Below are positions 36,811-51,345 of a stretch of DNA of 64,000 nucleotides, one piece after another. Both the position numbers and the translations under genes were made by a program. How positions within the stretch are numbered: position 1 is the first letter of the stretch; every line of letters starts with the position of its first letter. Source of the DNA: the human T2T-CHM13v2.0 reference genome, Homo sapiens. The stretch lies in assembly GCF_009914755.1 (NCBI RefSeq), contig NC_060937.1; one strand, 5' to 3'. The notes beneath the pieces are model-generated. The model was not told the origin of the DNA, searched no databases, and worked only from the letters and a program-made list of their open reading frames with translations.

Positions 36811-38399
36811 CAGGATCCCACCTGCCATCCCCTAGACTTGGGCTGTTAAAGCCCTTCAGGTTCCGGGACTTATACTGGGACAGCCTAGTATCAAAGGGAG
36901 ATTCTGGCCCTGGAGCAGAATAAATCTCTGATCCCAGGAAAAGGAAATGTTATTATTCATCCCTAGGGCATTGAGAAGGTGTAACCTGAGAAAGCTGCCT
37001 GAGTTGCTGCCTTTGGTCATCTTTAGGATCTTTGGTTGGGCTCCCTGCCTACCTGAGCAAAAGCAGAAACAGCAGCAGCAGCAGCAACAGAAGACAGGAA
37101 TCCCTGAAGAGCCCAAACACAGATGGTCCTGCCTGCTGCCCGGCCAGGCCCACCCACTGGGGAGGAGGCAGAAGCAGAGAAGGTCAGCGTTGTGAATTTA
37201 TAATGGAGAGGATGGTAATGACTTGGGTCACTCTTGCTGGAGATCTTCTCCAGATATTTCATTCACTGGGATTATCTTCCCTTTTTTCCTAACTGTAACT
37301 ATCTTTTAGTTACCTTCTCTCCCTCCTCTCCTCCTCCTCCCAGCTCCACTCACCAGCCCCACCCCTGGACTTTAAGGGCCTGGTTTGAACTCACCAAGTG
37401 GTGCATTTGTAATGCACAAAATAGTTAACACCATTTTAAGCGACTCAGCAGTCAGCCACCCACACAATGACGCCAGCCATTTCTTTTTTGATGCCTTCCA
37501 GCCTAGTGGTGCCTGAGCATTTCTGAGCCTTTGAGAAGGCTGAAATCCTAGTTTTCTCCTTCTTTTTATCTTTTAAAATCTAGTCCCATTTGCCACTGAA
37601 CATCTGAACATCATGGAGGATATGTAACGACTCATGCCCAAGGTGTCAGCCTTCCGTGGAATATCACCTTGTCGCTTTCCTGCTAGAAGTCTGCTCTGAG
37701 CCCCCTCCAGCTCTCTGGTTTATGGCCTAGGAGTGCACATCACATTATCTTTCAAGGAAAGCATCCTTTATAAAGTTCTGATTCACTGACATTTAAGTCA
37801 CCAAAGTGTTAGAAAGAGATACTCAGTGGTCAAAGAGATTGTTGGGAACACTCATTAGACTTCCTTGGAACTAAGAAATTCGGTTTTCCAGAAAGATAAT
37901 GGAATTGTGTCCTAAGAAATGGAAATTCAGCCTTTGGAGGCTGAAGCAGCTCAAAATCCAGTATTTGTTTGGACACATCAAAAGCAATGACTTCAGAACA
38001 AGAAAGTCTTAGTTTTAGCCCCAGCTCAGCCACTAACAGAGCTGTGATGTTAGGCCTCAGTTTCCCCTCTGGCTCAATCAGACAATTGGGTGTGAGCTCT
38101 GAGGACCCTTCTAACTCAGATGCAGACTCCTTCTTCTAAAGAAAGTGTTCTGTCCATCTCTTATTCCTTCTCACATCACAGAAACCTGAGGTCACTACAA
38201 TTGCTTACAGCTCTAAACTATTATGATTTCATTGAACAAGTCTCTCTTGAGAACTAGACAATCAGACTGTAGAAAGGATTCATGCCCAGATCGACATCAT
38301 TCTAGTGACTTTTTGTTGAGTATTTACCATGTGCCAGGCACCATGCTAAGATGAGATACTGAAGCTCAGAAAGCCTTTGGAGTGAAACTCCTGGCAAAA

Positions 38400-39810
38400 G
38401 TTGCCTAGACTCAACCTTCCCAAATCCTCTCCCCACATTCTCTCTAGGAACCCCTCCAACCTACTCTGTGTCCCTACAATGCCACCAAAACCACTCTCAT
38501 AAGAGTCACCAGTGCCCCTCCTGTTGCTAAATCCACCTACCAATCTTCATCTCATCTGTTGTCAGCATTTGAAGCACCTAATCACCCAGGCTTTCTTCAT
38601 ATACTTCTCTCACTTGAGTTCAAAACCCCAACCTGTCTTGGTTTTCCTTCTCTCCCCTGGTTGCTGCTTCTCTGTCTCCCTTCCTCATCCCTCCACATCT
38701 CCCTGACTTGATGTTGGAGCCCCCAGAGTTCAGTCCTCGTTCATCTCTGCTTCCATGTCTGCATCACTCTCTTACTGATATCTCCCAGTATCATTGGTAT
38801 CTGTCAGCTCCAAATTTGTATCTCTAGCCCAGGTCTCTCCCTGAATCTCAGCCTGGTGTTTCCAGTGATCTTGGCTCACACATGGTTACCTGCACTTGGA
38901 TAGATAATGGAAGTCAAAATGAATTCCAAACCCGAAACCCAGATCTTCTCCCTCAAACCTGTTCCACCAACTTCCCTGTCTCAGTTGGGGCTAAATCCGT
39001 CCTTGCGGTTGCTCAGGCCAAAAACCTAGTGGCCACCTTTGACTTTTCTCTCCTACAACCTGCATTCTACTGTTGGTTCCACAGTCATAATATACCCAGA
39101 ACCTGCCCTCTTCTCTCCAGCACCGCTGCTACCATCTAGTACCATCATGATCTTCTCTTTTCTGGATTTCAGCAAGCACCTCCTCGCTGGTCTCCCTGCT
39201 TCCATCCTGCCACTTCAGCCTATTCTCTCACAGCAGCCATGGAGATCCTATAAAACTATAGGCCCAAGCCCTCCAGATCCACCAATGGGCCCCATCTCAC
39301 TCAAACTAAAAGCCAGAGTCTCCCAGGGCCTGTGTGACTCACCCCATTCCTTCCCTTTCTGGCCTCGTCTCTGACCTCTGTTCCTCGCTCACTCACTCCC
39401 AGCCACTCCAGTCTCTTTAAATATATTTAGGGCCTTTCCACAGTTTCTCCCCTCTGTGTGGAAGATTCCCCCTGCAAATATCCACAAAGCTTACTCCCTT
39501 GCCTTTTTCAAGTCTGCTCAAATGTGACTTCTCAATGAGGCGGACTCTGCTCACTTTATTATCTGTTGGAAATGCCCACCCCCTAGTTCTTGGCATTCCC
39601 AATCCTCCTTACTTGTTCTATCCTTGTTTAAATCCATTCATCTAATCACCTTCTCATATACTATATTGTTTACCTGTTGTGTTTGCTGTTTATGGTCTGT
39701 CTTCCCTCAAAGACAGGGATTCTTGTCTGTTTTGTACACTGTTGTGTCTCAAGTGCTTAGAATAGTGCATGGCACATAATAGATGCTCAATCAATACTTG
39801 TTGAATGAAT
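38400..39810 (+). mobile_element. Long L2 (L2a-like) 3' fragment
   Basis: Continuous L2-like sequence ending atgctcaatcaatacttgttgaatgaatg. Confidence 0.85.
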
Positions 39811-39954
39811 GTGTTTGTGAAGTTAAAATTCAGAGCTACACCCATCTCTCTCCCAAAGCAGTGGTCGGAAGCAGCACACTCTGGGAAAGCCACAGGTAGG
39901 GACAAGCCCATCAGGGGTTTCCTCCTGTGCCTGTCTCATATCTCCCCATTCCCC

Positions 39955-40311
39955 CGATATGGTTTGGATTTGTACCCCTGCCCAAATCTCATGTCCAGTT
40001 GTAATCCCCAGTGTTGGAGGAGGGGCCTGGTGGGAGGTGATTGGATCATAGAGGTGGATTTCCCTTGTGCTGTTTTCAGGATAGTGAGATCTCTCATGAG
40101 ATCTGCTTGTTTAAAAGTGTGTAGCACCTCCCCCTGCTCTCTATTCTTTCCCTGGCCATGTAAGATGTGCCTACTTCCCCTTCCACCATGATTGTAAGTT
40201 TCCTGAGGCCTCCCCAGCCATGTGGAACTGTGAGTCAATTAAACCTCTTTCCTTTATAAATTACCCAGTCTCGGGTAATTCTTTACAGCAATGTGAGAAC
40301 AAACTAATCCA
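39955..40311 (+). mobile_element. MSTA-like MaLR solo LTR
   Basis: gatatggtttgg...aattaaacctctttcctttataaattacccagtctc...actaatcca. Confidence 0.9.
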
Positions 40312-41863
40312 CTCCCTACCCCCAGTGTGTCCCCACGGCTCCCTGTGCCCATATCACTGCCATCGCCAGGAGTATGTGTATGTCCACTATGTACCATGGC
40401 ATCAGAATCCCACCCCTAATTGGTTACTGGAGGGTCATAACCCTGTCAGGAGCAAGAGGGGTGACTCACCCCATTCCCATGGCTCCCTTTGGAGAGTTCC
40501 TGTCCCCACTTCAGGTGACAGCCCTTCCACAGCACCTCCTAGACTTTAAAACTTGGCTTAAGGTCAGCCACCTATTCCCAAATAGGTTTACCTCAGGCGA
40601 GGAGGGGAAATGGTGATAGAAGAAACCAACAATTGCATAGAGAGCTCTGCAGTCAGGAAGTGCTTTCAAGTGCTTTTGTTTATTTAATGCCAGAATCTCT
40701 GGCTTCATTTTTGTTATTAATGAACATGAAAGGGGATGTGTCTTGGTCAAGTCCATAGATAAACCAGGGCTGGGCCTTGAGTGTCTTCCTACCTGCAAAT
40801 CTGAACAGGGTTCTGTTTTGTGACAACAGATCCGTGGGTTCCCATCATACTGTGGATGCAAAGAGGTAAGAGACAGGGAAGGGCAGGCAAGAGAGTCTCC
40901 AAGATCCACCTCGAATCATGAAAAGTGAAAGTCTGAGCTTTGAGGGAACACACTCATCTCACTGCCAACCCTGTGGGGAGCTCTGGGCCTATGACTGTGG
41001 AGGTGGCATCTGGGCTGGCCCTGATGCTATAAGCCACAGTGGACAGTCAGCATCACCCTTCCACCAGGGCCCCAGTTTCTGAAGACTTACCTGCTGGTTA
41101 CTGTGCTGGGGATCTGACTCGCCTTGAATCTGCTCTAGGTTTCCATGGTGATTACTTAAACTTTTCATCATCCTTCCTTTAGACCTTGGAGGAGAGCTAT
41201 GCTCTCTGGTTTCCATGACAACCATTTAACCATGTGTCTCTGTCTGGCTGTTTCAGAAAAGAACTGCTAGAAATCATGCAAATGAACTAGCTGCTCTCTC
41301 CTTCCTTTAAGAAAATAAAAATAAAGTGACACACCTGCTTAGAAGTTTCAGATCTCTGCTCATAACAAGAAGGGTGACTGTGTCAAACTGCTGTTTGAGG
41401 AAGGTTTATTGCATTGCTTTGACACTTTAAGTGCTCACCCGGAGTCTCAGGCTGACTCTGCTGTCTTAAGCAATTACACTCACCACTTATCCTCCCTCCC
41501 CACTGCCTGGCAAATGAAGAGCTGCAAGTTAAAGGCTGTTTACCTTCCTACTGTTTGTTGAAGGAGAAAGGGAAGGACAGGGCCAGAGTGACCAGCCAGT
41601 CACCCTACCCAACTAGCCATTCACCACTGTGGAAAGATGCCACAGACAGCATAGTTGTTACCTCCGGTCACTGTCAATAGACTGGCCAGGGGTGGTCCAA
41701 GACTCAGATTGCAGCCCCAAATTATGTGGAAATCACACACGTGAGTCATTGGGAAATGACTTGACGCTCTCTATCAGAACTCATGGAAGAAAGAGCAGCC
41801 CTTCTTGAGGTCAGGTCTTTGGGCCAGTCAGAGAGCTCAGGAGAAGTAGAAAGATGAGATATC

Positions 41864-42288
41864 CTGCTTCAGTTTGGACAACTGTCCCCTCCAAATCTCA
41901 TGTTGAAATTTGATCCCCAATGTTGAGGTAAAGCCCAATGGAAGGTGTTTGGGGCATGGAGGAGGAGCCCTCATGAGTGGCTGTGATGCCATCTTCACAG
42001 TAAAGAGTGAGTTCTCACTCAATTAGTTCCTGTGAGATGTGATTATACAAGAGAACCTGGCACTGCCTCCTCTCTCTTGCTTCCTCTCTTGCCATGTGAT
42101 CTCTGCACACACTGATTCCCCTTTGCCTTCTGCCAAGAGTGGAGGCTGCTTGAGGTCCTCACCAGGAGCAGATGCTGATGCCATGCTTCACATACAACCT
42201 GCAGAACTAGGAGCTAAATAAGCCCCTTTTATTAATAAATTATACAACCTCAGTTCTTCCTTTGTAGCAACACAAACAGACTAAGAGA
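41864..42288 (+). mobile_element. MSTB-like MaLR solo LTR
   Basis: gtcccctccaaatctcatgttgaaatttgatccccaatgttg...tagcaacacaaacagactaaga. Confidence 0.88.
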
Positions 42289-42346
42289 GCACCTTTTCCC
42301 CTTCCTGGACACATCCTTGAACTACAGTATAGTGACATGCCCCTAA

Positions 42347-42710
<364 letters not shown>

Positions 42711-42894
42711 TTAAAACATGTTTTGAAACCGGGTAATATTTAAAGTTCTGGAACTTTCTAACAAAAATAGAGACTTCCCACTAATCTTGAAAATTAAGCA
42801 GATCTGTGTTAGAGTTCTATTTGACAAGGGTCTACTGGATGGAGCTGCACTCATCCTTCCAGATTAAGCATACATTCACTCTGGTTGAACTTTT

Positions 42895-43205
<311 letters not shown>

Positions 43206-44691
43206 GCAACTTCCTAAACAGAAAATTCTTCTCCATGATTCCTGAAAAATATTTGGACTGGTAACTTGTAGTAACATGCACAACACTCAAACAAAACCAA
43301 TTATCCCTCAACTCATAGCTGAAGTCACACATGATGGAAGAGAGTTCTTATCTAGGGATGAAGGGAGTGGGAAGCTGAAGATTGTTCTTCTACCTTCTTC
43401 CTCCAAGGCACTTTCAGTCCCCTTGGACAAGGCAGAAGTCAGCAATCAGAGTAAGCCAGATGGTGTGGAGGGGAGATGGGAGAGGCCCTGATGTGTGTAC
43501 TGAGGATTTCCTTCATGACCTTCTGGTGAGAATGATGTTTAAACCTATGGGAGGACCTTTGATTGCTTCTGTTTGATGCTACTATTTTGATTCTGTTTTC
43601 AGTAGATTCATAAGCCAATAAGTCATTTGCCTGAAAATACCTGCCAAAAGAATTGTAGGACAAAATTGCTGGTTGGTTGATGGAACGCGTAGGTCAACTC
43701 AATGAGCCTCAATTTAAGAGTCAGTCTGGATTTTAGGCTTGGTTGTACCATTTCTTGATGACAAGCTTCTTAACCTTTTTAGGTTAAGTTTTCTTACCTG
43801 TAAGTCGGAGATGAAGATGGTTGCCTCACTGAGTGAGGCTCAAACAAGATTGTTTTTGGAGAGGGCTTGGCACTAGGTAGAAATTTAATAAAAGTTTTCT
43901 CCAAATACAGTGACTTTCTTTATGTCACTTTTCTTTCCCAGGTGACTCTTCTTGTCTCTTATTAGAGGAGGGAGAAACATCTTGTTTTTCCTACCCGCAT
44001 CACTTTTATTCTTCAGACTATCTGTGGTTTAACACCTGGGGGCGAAAGAAGAAGAAAACACTAGTCATCACTGAAAATGAACCTGAGACCTTTAAAAATC
44101 AGCAACCTGTCAGGAAATTGACTGATCATATTAAGAAACTGTATATCGTTTTCCTGTGAATATTGTTAGGGTGCACTATGGGAACAACAAATGTCAAGCA
44201 AAAGACGAAAGAGATAAGGAATGTTAGAAAAGATGTTAAGACAAGAAAAGGCCAAGCATTCCTTGGTTTGCCCCAAAGGCGAGCAGAATGTGATCAAACA
44301 ATCTTTTGTAACTACAAAGGAGTCAAGACGTTTTCATTCCGTAAGGAAAGAACTTGCTGCTGACAGGTGGAAAGAATCAAATAATTAGAGTCTGGAATGC
44401 TTATCTGCCTGGGTAAGCTGTCTTTCTCCAACCAAGAGTGCCATTGATGTAGTAAGGTGCACAAAAGCCGGAGTAGGGGCCCCTAAATTCCTATTAGAAT
44501 AACTTAAGAATTTACATCCAAAATTAATCCCCCATATGCACAGCCTGTGAAACTTCCTTTTGTGGCCTTTAAAGATTCATTCTTTGGAGTTTATTACAGC
44601 TCATTTAAAATGTAAATACTTTACAAGGACAAAGAGACTGTGTGGACCCATCATTCACCACAGCTGAGGATTTTTAAAACCAGATTGCTAG

Positions 44692-45007
<316 letters not shown>

Positions 45008-45246
45008 CAATCAGATTGCTATTTTCCTACAATGAACTATGATCAGTGGTACAGAGCACTTAGGGATTTTGATGTGCAATCAGTGTACCTTTTTCAGTGT
45101 ACCTCACACAGATCTCCCTAAGTATTCACTCACTTCTCCACTGGGGTTGTTTAGCCCTATCACAGTGAATGACTCTACCATCCCTAAGGTGTAGCAGAAT
45201 TGACATAAAAGGGCAGGTGAAACTGACATAAGAAAATGGGTTGTTC

Positions 45247-45452
45247 CGGGAGGCAGAGGTTGCAGTGAGCTGAGATCGCGCCACTGCACTCCAGCCTGGG
45301 TGACAGAGCGAGACTCCACCTCAAAAAGAAAGAAAGAGAAAGAAAGAAAGAAGAAAGAAAGAGAAAGAAAGAAAGAAAGAAAGGAAGGAAGGAAGGAAGG
45401 AAGGAAGGAAGGAAGGAAGGAAGGAAGGAAGGAAGGAAGGAAGGAAGAAAGA
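45247..45452 (+). mobile_element. 5'-truncated Alu (end of right arm) with (GAAA)n(GAAG)n tail
   Basis: 17-bp TSD AAGAAAATGGGTTGTTC at 45230-45246 and 45453-45469. Confidence 0.93.
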
Positions 45453-47653
45453 AAGAAAATGGGTTGTTCTGGAAAACCTAGAATTGGGGTAGCAGGGTAA
45501 TCAGTGTAAGCAGTAAAGGTGTGGTACCATCACACCCTCAATGGATAACATCGTTCTCTTTACGATCAGCCCCTGCCTTTCATCCTGTGCCCCTATCAAG
45601 CAAGTGCTCCAGGAACACTTTCTTGAGATATTGACAATTAACTACCATTTTACTGGGTTCTACAACCCAGTACATTATCTCTAATCCTCCCATCAACCCT
45701 ACTTAGAAATGAAGAAACTGAAGCGCAGAGAAGTTAAATAACTTCTTAGAAGTAATGGCAGAATTAGGGTTTAAATGCAGGCTTGTCATTTCTGCTGAGA
45801 AGTGTTGAAGATGGGAGGAGAGTGGGAAATGGGGAGCTGATCTCTCCTGCATTGATAGTGGGAACCAGGGATGAGGACAAGTCATGGAGGACGTGCCAAA
45901 GTTCCCGGCAGAGCCTTCCTCCCTGGCATCAGTGGGGGGGTCCACAAGGGGACCCTGTGCTCAGCAGTGGCAGGAAGTGCCAGGACGGTGCTGTGTCATA
46001 GCTTAGCACGGGGGGTCTCACTGTGTTGCTGCCTTCCAACCTGACCAAGTTCTACAGCCCCCATTTCCTCATCTGTAATGGTGATAAGAGGACCCACCTT
46101 CCGGAGCAGTAATAAAGACTGAAAATGAGATAAGACACACAAAACACTCAACACAATGTCAGATGCAGAATAAGAAAGAAATTATTTTCTGCCCACTTCT
46201 ACTAAGACTCCCATTTGTCTGGTAATTGAGAACAATTTGCTGACTTTTCACTGACTTGGTTATTCTTAAAAATATAACCTCAGCCCTGCTTATCTTCTCC
46301 CTCTAACCCTCCCAGCCCTGAGACCCTGCAAGGGCACTGTAATCCCTCAGAGGTCCTTAAAACAAACTCATATTAAAAAGCCATCCCCACCCCCAAAAAT
46401 TTTAATACTGTTCACTCCAGCCTGAATAAAGCAACAAAAAACTACCACGGAATCCATTCCAACCACACCCTGGGCTCTTCCTCATGTATTCCTTTTATAG
46501 TGATTATTGTCAACAGTTGGAGAAACAAAGCCCAAGGCTTCATCTCACCCTGAGTTATGTTGCTATAGCTGGGTATTATTTGCTTCAATCCTTTTATCAC
46601 ACAAGATATACTTGTGTAATTTCAGAGGGAGACATAACCCTCCTCCAGGCTGAATAGAACTGCCAGATCCAGGCCAATTTAGTTTTGCGTTTTTATTTAG
46701 AAATAGCAGATAGAGCTGCCTTGCATTCATCTGTTCTTTTTCCATTCCAGAAAACCAACAGGTAGGCTGAGAAGCTGCATGGCTCCAGTGATCCACATCC
46801 ACATATCTGCTAAGGACAACAAAATATTTTCCATGTCCACCAACAATACGATTAAGGTCTTCCCTCTTCTGTATTTTGATGCATCCTCCAAGACAGGTTC
46901 AGAGAGGGAAGGTCTCCTTTTCATATTTTTCTTTTCCCCTCTTTGACAGTTTGAGGAGCCTCACTCAAATGGTATTTACCTATGTGAGATTGCTTTGCAA
47001 AGAGAGGATATGTAGGCAATTGAACTCGCAGTGAACTTTTCATACCAGGTGTTTTGTGTTGGGGTGAGTAGACTGCAGGATTTAGGGCCCTGTATGCATA
47101 CTGTGCAAGTAATCCCTGTCCCAAATAGTCCCAACAGTGTGTGTTGGAGGAGAGAGAAGTGTTGCTGGGGATGGAATGGGACCTCAGGGAGGCAGTGGCC
47201 CTTACCACCATTGCTTATCACCTTATTTTGAAAAACACATAGGGCAACTGGGCCCTTTCTGAAATGTCACTTGTAAGGCTTAGAATTTCTGAGCCTGCTG
47301 GAGGGAGTAATATTACCATCTTGATTTCACTTGCCTTTCCACCTCTCTTTACACCTAAGATCCTGTCCACCTCTAAAATGTGGTAACCCTGTGACTGCCA
47401 TCTTGCACTACTTTTTATACAAAAAGAAGTCTCATTGATCTGCTTCAGCTGTCATTTCACATGCTTTTCCAAAGAAAATGACAAGTTTTCCTAACTTTTC
47501 CACCTTCTATTCTGGACTCTCATGGGGCTGGAGGGAGGGAGTCTGGAGTAAATCAAAGGAATGTGGGATACTTAGAAAAGAAATCAATTTTACTGCTTTG
47601 TATAGATACAGAAGCCAGCTCACTGACCACTCACATCATAAATGATTCATAGA

Positions 47654-48057
47654 TGTTATGGACTCAATTATATCTTCCTTCCCCAAAACACATATGTTGA
47701 AGTCCTAACCCCTAGCACCTAGAATGTGACCTTATTTGGAAATAAGGTCACTGCTGATATAATTAGTTAAACAAAGGTCATACTTGAGTAGAGTGGGCCC
47801 CTCATGCACTATGGCTGGTGTCCTTATAAGAATAGGCAATGTGGACATACACAGACTGAGGAGCGACCATGTGAAGAGAGCGAGAAGACTTGCAAGACAA
47901 TAATGTCACCCTCTGCAAGCCAACAAGAAGGGCCTCAGAAGAAACCAACCCTGCTGATACCTTTATCTTGGACTTCCAACTGCCAGAACTGTGCAAAAAA
48001 TAGATTTCTGTTGTGTAAGCCACCCAGATGGTTATGGCAGCCTAGGAGACTAATGCA
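47654..48057 (+). mobile_element. MLT1B/C solo LTR
   Basis: gaatgtgaccttatttggaaataaggtc; TSD ATAGA on both sides. Confidence 0.9.
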
Positions 48058-48821
48058 ATAGATTTGCCTAGTCTGTGATCACAAGGAGCAGGCCTGATTC
48101 ATTTATTCATTCATTCAGCAAATCTACTGAATGTTACCGTGTGTCAAACATGTTCTAGGAATGGGAGATACAGCACACACAAAAATAGTCAAAATATCCT
48201 GCTCTCATGGAGGTTACAGTCTCATGGGGAGGAGGGATGGAGAAGGGATGGCAGAAATAAGTAAAATAAATCAAGGAAATAGTATGTTAGATGGTGACAG
48301 GTGCTATGGCAGTAAGGTAGGCAGTGGGGAGAGAGAGAGCAAGGAAATTCGTTTCCTGTCTCTAATAGGCTGGTCAGGAATGACCACAGTAAGGTGACGT
48401 ATACAAAAAGGTCTGAAAGAAATGAAGGGGCAAGCCATGCATTTATCTGCAAAGAGTGTTGCAGGCACAGGAACCAGTGAGTGCAAAGTCCCTGAGGTGA
48501 GAGTCGAGAGGAGATGAGATCGAATAGAAACATGATGGTATGCAGGAGGTGTATTGCAGAGGGCCGTAGAGGCCTGGCTAAGGGCTTTGGTTTGTTGCTG
48601 TTTGGTTTTGTTTCTTGTTTCTTGAGACACAGGCATGACATGATATGATTTTCATTTTCACAGACTCTCATCCTGTTGTGTTGCTAATAGATTATAGGGT
48701 GGCCAGGGCTGAAACAACAGATTAGTCCGGAGGTTTCTGCAACAGCCTGAGTGAGAGGTGATGCTGGCTTGCGCAAGGTGGTCTCAAGAGAGTGGAGAGA
48801 AGTGGTTTGGTTCTGGATACA

Positions 48822-49130
48822 CAGATTAGCAATCCCTTATTCAAAATTCCACACTTCAAAAAGTCCCGACAACTGAATTTCTTTTAATAAGGTTGAGTCA
48901 CATTCACTTGGCAATGAAACAACCTGAACTGATTTGAGGCTGTTTAACAGTCTTTATTCCACTTGAAGTTAATATTTGTAGGTTTTGCTACAGAAATATA
49001 AATGTGTCCGATTATGTGGTGCTGCCACCAAGTCCACTGGGGGCATTAATGTGCTATATGACCTTTAAAAGTTCAAAATTATTTGAATTTCCAAACATAC
49101 CTATCCCAAAGGGTGACATAAAAGATATTG
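48822..49130. mobile_element. MER46C-like Tigger derivative
   Basis: acctgaactgatttgaggct...cagaaatataaatgtgt..gattatgtggtgctgcc. Confidence 0.75.
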
Positions 49131-49169
49131 AAGACAGGCAACTAAAAGCAGAGACAAGAGGATTTGGTG

Positions 49170-51345
49170 ATACACTAGAGAAGTTTCTAAAAATAAGAGC
49201 AAAAACATAAAAGCATGACTCACTGAAACATACAGGATGCATCGAAGGCGGTGCTTAAAGGCATAAACATCTGTAAACAAAAAAGATCTTAAATCGATAA
49301 TCTCACTTTCCACATTAAGATACTTAAAAAGAGGAGCAAATTAAATCCAAAGCAAGCCAAAGGAAGTAAGTAAGATTAGAGTGGAAATAAATGAAATAGA
49401 GAATAGAAAATCAATACAGAGAATCAACAGAACCAAGAATTTTTATTCCTTTGAAAAATCACCCAAATTGACAAAACTTTACCTAGATTCACCAAGGGGA
49501 AAAAAGGAAAAAACTCAAATTACTAAAATCAAGAATGAAAGAGGGAACATCACCAATCTCAAAGAAATAAAAAGGATTATAAGGAAATACTACGAACAAT
49601 TGTATGCCAACAAATTAGATAACCTAGATGAAATGTACACATTTCTAAAAACACAAACTATTAAAATTGGCTCAAGAAGAAAAAGAAAATCAAGAGATTG
49701 AATTATTAGTTTAAAAAAAAAAAACTTCGAGCAAAGAAAAGTCTAGGCTTCTATGGCAATCACTTAAAGAAGAATTAACACCAGTCCTTCACAAACTCTT
49801 TTAAAAAAACAAAGAAGAGGAGGAAACATTTCCTAACTCAGCCTATGGGCCCAGTATCCTGATGCCAAGCTCAAAAACATCACAAGAAAACTATAAACCA
49901 ATGTCTCTTACAAATATGGATTCAAAAATTCTCAACAAAATACTAGCAAACTGAATCATACAAAAAGAATTATACAATATGACCAAATAGATTTTATCCC
50001 AGGAACGCAAGCATGATTCAACATATGAAAATCAATGTAATATACCATATTAACAGAATAAAAGACAATCGACCATATAATTATTTCAATAGGTGCAGAA
50101 AAGGCATTTGACAAAATCCAACACCCTTTCATAATAAAGCTATTCAACAATCTAGGAATACAAGAAAAATATGTCAACCCAATAAAAGGTATCTGCATGA
50201 AACTCACAGCTGACATTATACTTACTGGTGAAAGCTCCTTCCCCCTAAGATCGGGAAGCAGGAAACAGACATGGATACCTGCTCTTACCACCATTTTTAA
50301 ATCCATTTTATTTATTTATTTATTTATTTTGGCTATTGAGTTGTTTGAGTTCCTGGTATATTCTGGAAATTAATCCCTTGTAAGATGAGTAGTTTGCAAA
50401 TATTTTCTCCCATTCTACAGGTTGTCTCTTCACTCTGCTGATTGTTTCCTTTGTTGTACAGAAGCTTTTTAGTTTGATAGAGTCCTGTTTGCCTATTTTA
50501 GCTTTTGTTGCCTATGCAGAATATGAAGAACTCTTAAGCTCAGCAATAAAAATACAAATAGCCCAGTTTTAAAATGGGCAAAGGATTTGAATAGACGTTT
50601 CTTCAAAGATGGCCAATAAGTACATGACAAGATGCCCAGCATCATTAGTCACAGGGAAATACAAAGCAAAACCACAATGAGATTTCTTTTTATACCCACT
50701 AGGATGGCTAAAATCAAAAGATAGGCAAATATTGACAAGAATATGGAGAAATTGGAACCCTTCTACATTGCTGGTAGGAAATTAAGATGGTACAGCTACT
50801 TTGGAAAACATGTTGGCAGTTCTCAAATGTTAAACATTAAGTTGCCTATAGACCCAGCAATTTCACTCCCAGGAATATACTCGAGAATTGAAACTGTATG
50901 TTTACACAGAAATCTGCATATGAATATTCATGGCAGCATTATTTATAATAGGCAAAAAGTAGAAACAACCCAGATGTCCATCAACTGGTGATTGGGTAAA
51001 CCAAATGTGGTGTAAATGTAGAATGGAATAGTATTCAGCAACAAAAAGAAATAAAGTACTGATATGTTACAACACAGATTAACCTTGAAAACATTATGTT
51101 AAGTGAAAGCCAGTCACAAAAAGCCACATATTATTTTGCTCCATTTATATGAAACGTCCAGAATAGGCCAACCCATAACAGAAAGGAGTTATGAAGTTGC
51201 CAGGGCTGGGGTGAGGTAGGAGTAAGGAGTGGCTGCTATTGGTATGGGGTTTCTTTTAGGAATAATGACAATGCTCTGAAAATTAGGTAGTGGTGATGGC
51301 TGAATACTTATGTGGATATACTGAAAACCACTGAAAGCATTTTTA
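49170..51345 (+). mobile_element. L1M (L1MB-like) ORF2 and 3' UTR remnant with an internal inverted L1 piece (~50290-50516)
   Basis: ORF 49381-49701 (KRIIRKYYEQLYANKLDNLDEM) and ORF 50743-50991 resemble L1 ORF2p. Confidence 0.92.

Noticed and set aside
37069-37090. Short (CAG)n run, like the one at 12762-12781, as a polyglutamine or expansion locus
   Set aside because: Only 5-6 units, with no coding context
43790-43805. Strong donor-like CAG|GTAAG sites here (minus) and at ~35463 (plus)
   Set aside because: They fall in the MIR core and have no convincing partner acceptor
49381-50991. ORFs with real protein similarity
   Set aside because: Fragments of a dead L1 ORF2 with stops, frameshifts and a large deletion
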